A DNA stretch of 15,605 nt from Oligoflexus sp. (GTDB lineage Bacteria > Bdellovibrionota_B > Oligoflexia > Oligoflexales > Oligoflexaceae). Made by a program: the position numbers and the translations under genes. The notes below the pieces were generated by a model. The model saw nothing but the letters and a program-made list of their open reading frames with translations. It was not told the origin of the DNA and ran no database searches. The stretch is from assembly GCA_041736305.1 (NCBI GenBank), contig JBGSTX010000303.1, positions 1-15,605 of the forward strand, given 5' to 3'. Positions 14,334-15,605 of this stretch are shown one piece after another. Positions within the stretch are counted from its first letter, which is position 1. Each line of letters begins with the position of its first letter.

Positions 14334-15605
14334 TTACTTATTATCTTCAAATTCAGCGTCGACCACATTTGGATCGCTCGACTTGTGGCCACCACTGCCT
14401 GGTCCTTGAGGGCCTCCTGCACCAGCAGCTCCTGCCCCTTGAGCACCAGCTTGCTTGTAGAGAGCTTCAGCTAGTCGATGAGATTTTGCTTCCAGTTGCT
14501 CACGGGCAGTCTTGAGTTCATCAGCATCATTAACATCAAGCTTAGATTTCGCCTGAGTCAGAGCTGATTCAACTTCTGAGCGGATGTCAGCTGGGATCTT
14601 ATCTCCCGCTTCTTTTAAAGACTTCTCAGTCGTAAAGATCAGATTATCCAAGGAGTTTCTATTTTCAACAGAATCGCGACGCTTCTTGTCCTCTTCCTTG
14701 TGAGCTTCGGCATCTTTCACCATACGGTCGATATCGCGATCATCGATTTTTGTAGCTGCCTCAACCCGAATACGCTGCTCTTTCCCTGTTCCTAGATCCT
14801 TAGCCGAAACCGAGAGGATGCCGTTTGCATCGATATCGAAAGCTACTTCGACCTGTGGTACGCCGCGAGGCGCGGGCGGCAAATCAGTCAGGGTGAAACG
14901 CGCCAGCTGGCGATTGTCGCCGGCCATGTCCCTTTCGCCCTGAAGAACATTGATTTCAACAGAAGTCTGGCTATCAGCTGCCGTCGAAAAAACCTGGCTC
15001 TTCTTAGTTGGGATAGTCGTATTGCGTTCGATAAGTTTGGTCATGACGCCACCCAAAGTCTCGATACCAAGAGTAAGGGGAGTCACATCGAGAAGCAGCA
15101 CGTCTTTAACGTCGCCGGCCAAGACACCGCCTTGCACAGCTGCACCAATGGCTACTACTTCGTCCGGGTTAACGGTTCTATTGGGCTCACGTTTGAAGAA
15201 GTCTTTAACTTTTTGTTGTACCAGTGGGATTCGAGTCGATCCCCCCACCAGAAGCACTTCCTGAACTTCATCGACATTCAACTTGGAGTCCTTGAGAACC
15301 TGACGGCAAGGCTCCAAAGTTCTTTCTATGATTTGACTGATAAGCTGCTCAAATTTAGCTCGCGTCAGAGACACGTTCAAGTGCTTAGGACCGCTCTGAT
15401 CTGCTGTCAAAAACGGTAGATTGATATCTGTCTGTTGCGCGGAGGACAGTTCGATCTTAGCTTTCTCGGCCGCCTCTTTTAGGCGCTGCATCGCCATTGG
15501 ATCGCCTTTGACGTCCACACCGGTTTCCGACTTGAAGCCTTCCACAAGCCACTTGATGAGGATCTCGTCGATGTTGTCACCACCGAGGTGGGTATCACCA
15601 CCGGT
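14334..15605 (-). CDS. dnaK: Chaperone DnaK (Hsp70), 5'-truncated by the window edge
   Basis: The frame is open to the window edge ([13 protein letters not shown]). Motifs [19 protein letters not shown], linker [19 protein letters not shown] and C-terminal VVDAEFE. Confidence 0.98.
   Translation of the reverse strand, partial: TGGDTHLGGDNIDEILIKWLVEGFKSETGVDVKGDPMAMQRLKEAAEKAKIELSSAQQTDINLPFLTADQSGPKHLNVSLTRAKFEQLISQIIERTLEPCRQVLKDSKLNVDEVQEVLLVGGSTRIPLVQQKVKDFFKREPNRTVNPDEVVAIGAAVQGGVLAGDVKDVLLLDVTPLTLGIETLGGVMTKLIERNTTIPTKKSQVFSTAADSQTSVEINVLQGERDMAGDNRQLARFTLTDLPPAPRGVPQVEVAFDIDANGILSVSAKDLGTGKEQRIRVEAATKIDDRDIDRMVKDAEAHKEEDKKRRDSVENRNSLDNLIFTTEKSLKEAGDKIPADIRSEVESALTQAKSKLDVNDADELKTAREQLEAKSHRLAEALYKQAGAQGAGAAGAGGPQGPGSGGHKSSDPNVVDAEFEDNK

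Noticed and set aside
550-15419. Other antisense or out-of-frame ORFs nested in assigned genes (e.g. 4465-5082, 10541-11074, 14950-15264)
   Set aside because: Shadow ORFs of conserved genes with no recognisable motifs.
1-15605. CRISPR arrays, IS elements, prophage or defence genes
   Set aside because: No regularly spaced repeats and no transposase, integrase, phage or defence-type ORFs seen.

Overview
Core-genome window of a roughly 50% GC bacterium. The protein style suggests Bdellovibrionota/Oligoflexia or a related deltaproteobacterium (inference only). The left part is a minus-strand run: DUF1844 gene, divergent ClpB-family ATPase, tRNA-Gln, prs, short rplY, pth, rpsF. The middle holds tRNA-Leu(TAG), an orphan Hpt gene, an unannotated 29-codon ORF with a strong SD, and a cluster of DnaA boxes with no dnaA in the window, part of which doubles as the rpmI-rplT terminator. 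Next come rplT, rpmI (no infC), an exported LPP20-like protein and suhB on the minus strand. A plus-strand cluster follows: RNase Y with a degenerate KH motif, a TPR protein, a REC-TPR regulator and an apparently inactive UDG-like protein. It converges on the 3' part of dnaK. No mobile element, CRISPR array or defence system is visible. The best leads are the DnaA-box cluster with its neighbouring sORF, the divergent RNase Y cluster, the unusual ClpB and three candidate ribosomal-protein leader RNAs.
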